Under the pieces are notes generated by a model. That model was given only the letters and a program-made list of their open reading frames with translations. It ran no database searches and was not told the DNA's origin. The position numbers were made by a program, and so were the translations under genes. A DNA stretch of 9,671 bases from a virus (Duplodnaviria > Heunggongvirae > Uroviricota > Caudoviricetes), in the IMG/VR virus record IMGVR_UViG_2690316099_000017; one strand, written 5' to 3'. This document shows positions 7,987 to 9,671 of this stretch, in pieces (the stretch's first letter is position 1; each line of letters starts with the position of its first letter).

Positions 7987-8671
7987 NNNNNNNNNNNNNN
8001 NNNNNNNNNNNNNNNNNNNNNNNNNNNNNNNNNNNNNNNNNNNNNNNNNNNNNNNNNNNNNNNNNNNNNNNNNNNNNNNNNNNNNNNNNNNNNNNNNNNN
8101 NNNNNNNNNNNNNNNNNNNNNNNNNNNNNNNNNNNNNNNNNNNNNNNNNNNNNNNNNNNNNNNNNNNNNNNNNNNNNNNNNNNNNNNNNNNNNNNNNNNN
8201 NNNNNNNNNNNNNNNNNNNNNNNNNNNNNNNNNNNNNNNNNNNNNNNNNNNNNNNNNNNNNNNNNNNNNNNNNNNNNNNNNNNNNNNNNNNNNNNNNNNN
8301 NNNNNNNNNNNNNNNNNNNNNNNNNNNNNNNNNNNNNNNNNNNNNNNNNNNNNNNNNNNNNNNNNNNNNNNNNNNNNNNNNNNNNNNNNNNNNNNNNNNN
8401 NNNNNNNNNNNNNNNNNNNNNNNNNNNNNNNNNNNNNNNNNNNNNNNNNNNNNNNNNNNNNNNNNNNNNNNNNNNNNNNNNNNNNNNNNNNNNNNNNNNN
8501 NNNNNNNNNNNNNNNNNNNNNNNNNNNNNNNNNNNNNNNNNNNNNNNNNNNNNNNNNNNNNNNNNNNNNNNNNNNNNNNNNNNNNNNNNNNNNNNNNNNN
8601 NNNNNNNNNNNNNNNNNNNNNNNNNNNNNNNNNNNNNNNNNNNNNNNNNNNNNNNNNNNNNNNNNNNNNNN
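7987..8671. other. N run 4 (685 nt) covering the sitA 5' region and probably its start and part of its promoter
   Basis: Unresolved bases. If lengths were faithful, sitA would extend to 438 aa from the ATG at 8677, far longer than this family, so the start is inside the run or the run lengths are arbitrary. Confidence 0.95.
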
Positions 8672-8742
8672 CGACATGATATTGAGGAAAAAAGTAGAGC
8701 AGCTATTAGGCTTTGAAATGACTTTATGAGGAAAATTGTTGA

Positions 8743-8795
8743 TGGCAAAAATGGGGCAAAACGCTGTAGAAGGGGCAAAAAAGGGGCAAAAAAAG
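8743..8795. repeat. Four tandem GGGGCAAAA(A) / TGGCAAAAA units with roughly helical spacing (phased G4-C-A5-7 tracts)
   Basis: Seen directly: units begin at about 8743, 8752, 8771 and 8783; an inverted partial copy TTTTGCCC lies at 8884-8891. Confidence 0.55.
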
Positions 8796-8825
8796 AGTGG
8801 GTTATCGTAGCTTATTGTTGTCGCT

Positions 8826-8844
8826 GATAATGTTTAACATATTG
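8826..8844. promoter_or_regulatory. Fur-box-like AT-rich site (GATAATGTTTAACATATTG, about 13/19 to the GATAATGATAATCATTATC consensus) with internal palindrome ATGTT-T-AACAT
   Basis: Manual comparison to the Fur consensus. It lies in the region expected to be upstream of - strand sitA, but the sitA start is masked so spacing is unknown. Confidence 0.3.
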
Positions 8845-9085
8845 AAAAATAAATAAAATACTTATGGGTCAGATAGTTGTGATTTTTGCCCTTACTTGTT
8901 CAGGTTGTATTGTTCTTTCTTACTAATTTCTTGATTTTGCGACATTTAAAAGCGACTCAATTCGTTATATGGCATCAGAAGAGTATGCGTCATGCCGGAA
9001 CGCCCAGCATAAGAAATCTGATATAAAACTGTGGCGTGTATGGTACGGATTAGAGGGGAAAATGTCAGCACATTTGCGAAATGAA

Positions 9086-9112
9086 TCAAAAAGCCCGCAG
9101 CAATGTGCGGGC
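9086..9112 (-). terminator. Rho-independent terminator of uspF
   Basis: On the - strand: stem GCCCGCA (9112-9106) / TGCGGGC (9099-9093) with a 6-nt loop, immediately followed by UUUUU (9092-9088), beginning 8 nt after the uspF stop. Confidence 0.65.
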
Positions 9113-9119
9113 GTTAGTG

Positions 9120-9635
<516 letters not shown>

Positions 9636-9671
9636 TTAGATCAAAGGAGGAAGAATAAGCAGAAAAAGCCC

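Noticed and set aside
7361-8677. 438-aa ORF starting at ATG 8677 as the full sitA gene
   Set aside because: It consists mostly of N-derived X residues, has no Shine-Dalgarno upstream of 8677 and is far longer than SitA-family proteins; only the C-terminal 91 aa and the [11 protein letters not shown] island are real evidence.
7490-8716. Large + strand ORFs (7490-8716 and 7978-8679) across the masked region
   Set aside because: They are artifacts of stop-free N runs and are antisense to sitA.
7954-8778. 274-aa - strand ORF (TTG start) beginning MPLLQRFAPFLP…
   Set aside because: Its N-terminus is just a translation of the GGGGCAAAA repeats, the rest is Ns, and it is out of frame with sitA.
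8743-8891. CRISPR array or tRNA/ncRNA interpretation of the GGGGCAAAA repeats
   Set aside because: The units are only 9-12 bp with irregular short spacers, far below CRISPR repeat/spacer sizes, and no cloverleaf or conserved structured-RNA signature is apparent.

Overview
The window looks like the distal end of a defective Enterobacteriaceae (E. coli/Shigella-type) prophage tail module running into host DNA. On the + strand (1-4559) there is a Mu/e14-like late gene block: the 3' part of a baseplate J-like gene, a DUF2313/gp48-like tail gene, a tail fiber with a P2 gpH-like C-terminus, a tail fiber assembly gene carrying an in-frame ochre stop at codon 17, a second side tail fiber with a lambda Stf-like N-terminus, and a small chaperone-like gene. 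On the - strand (4760 to about 8671) lies the sitABCD Mn/Fe ABC-transporter operon (sitA-sitB-sitC-sitD in transcription order), convergent with the phage genes and interrupted by four N runs (6335-6370, 6509-6552, 7638-7949, 7987-8671). These N runs hide the sitB stop, the sitC ribosome-binding site, most of sitA and its start; the first one is not frame-consistent with its flanks. An ORF-free intergenic region (8672-9119) holds phased GGGGCAAAA/A-tract repeats and a Fur-box-like AT-rich site. The window ends with uspF on the - strand (9120-9554), which has a clear Shine-Dalgarno and an intrinsic terminator. I do not see a convincing novel multi-gene system in the readable sequence; about 1 kb is masked and cannot be judged. 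All homology calls are from reading the translations against remembered family sequences; no search was run.
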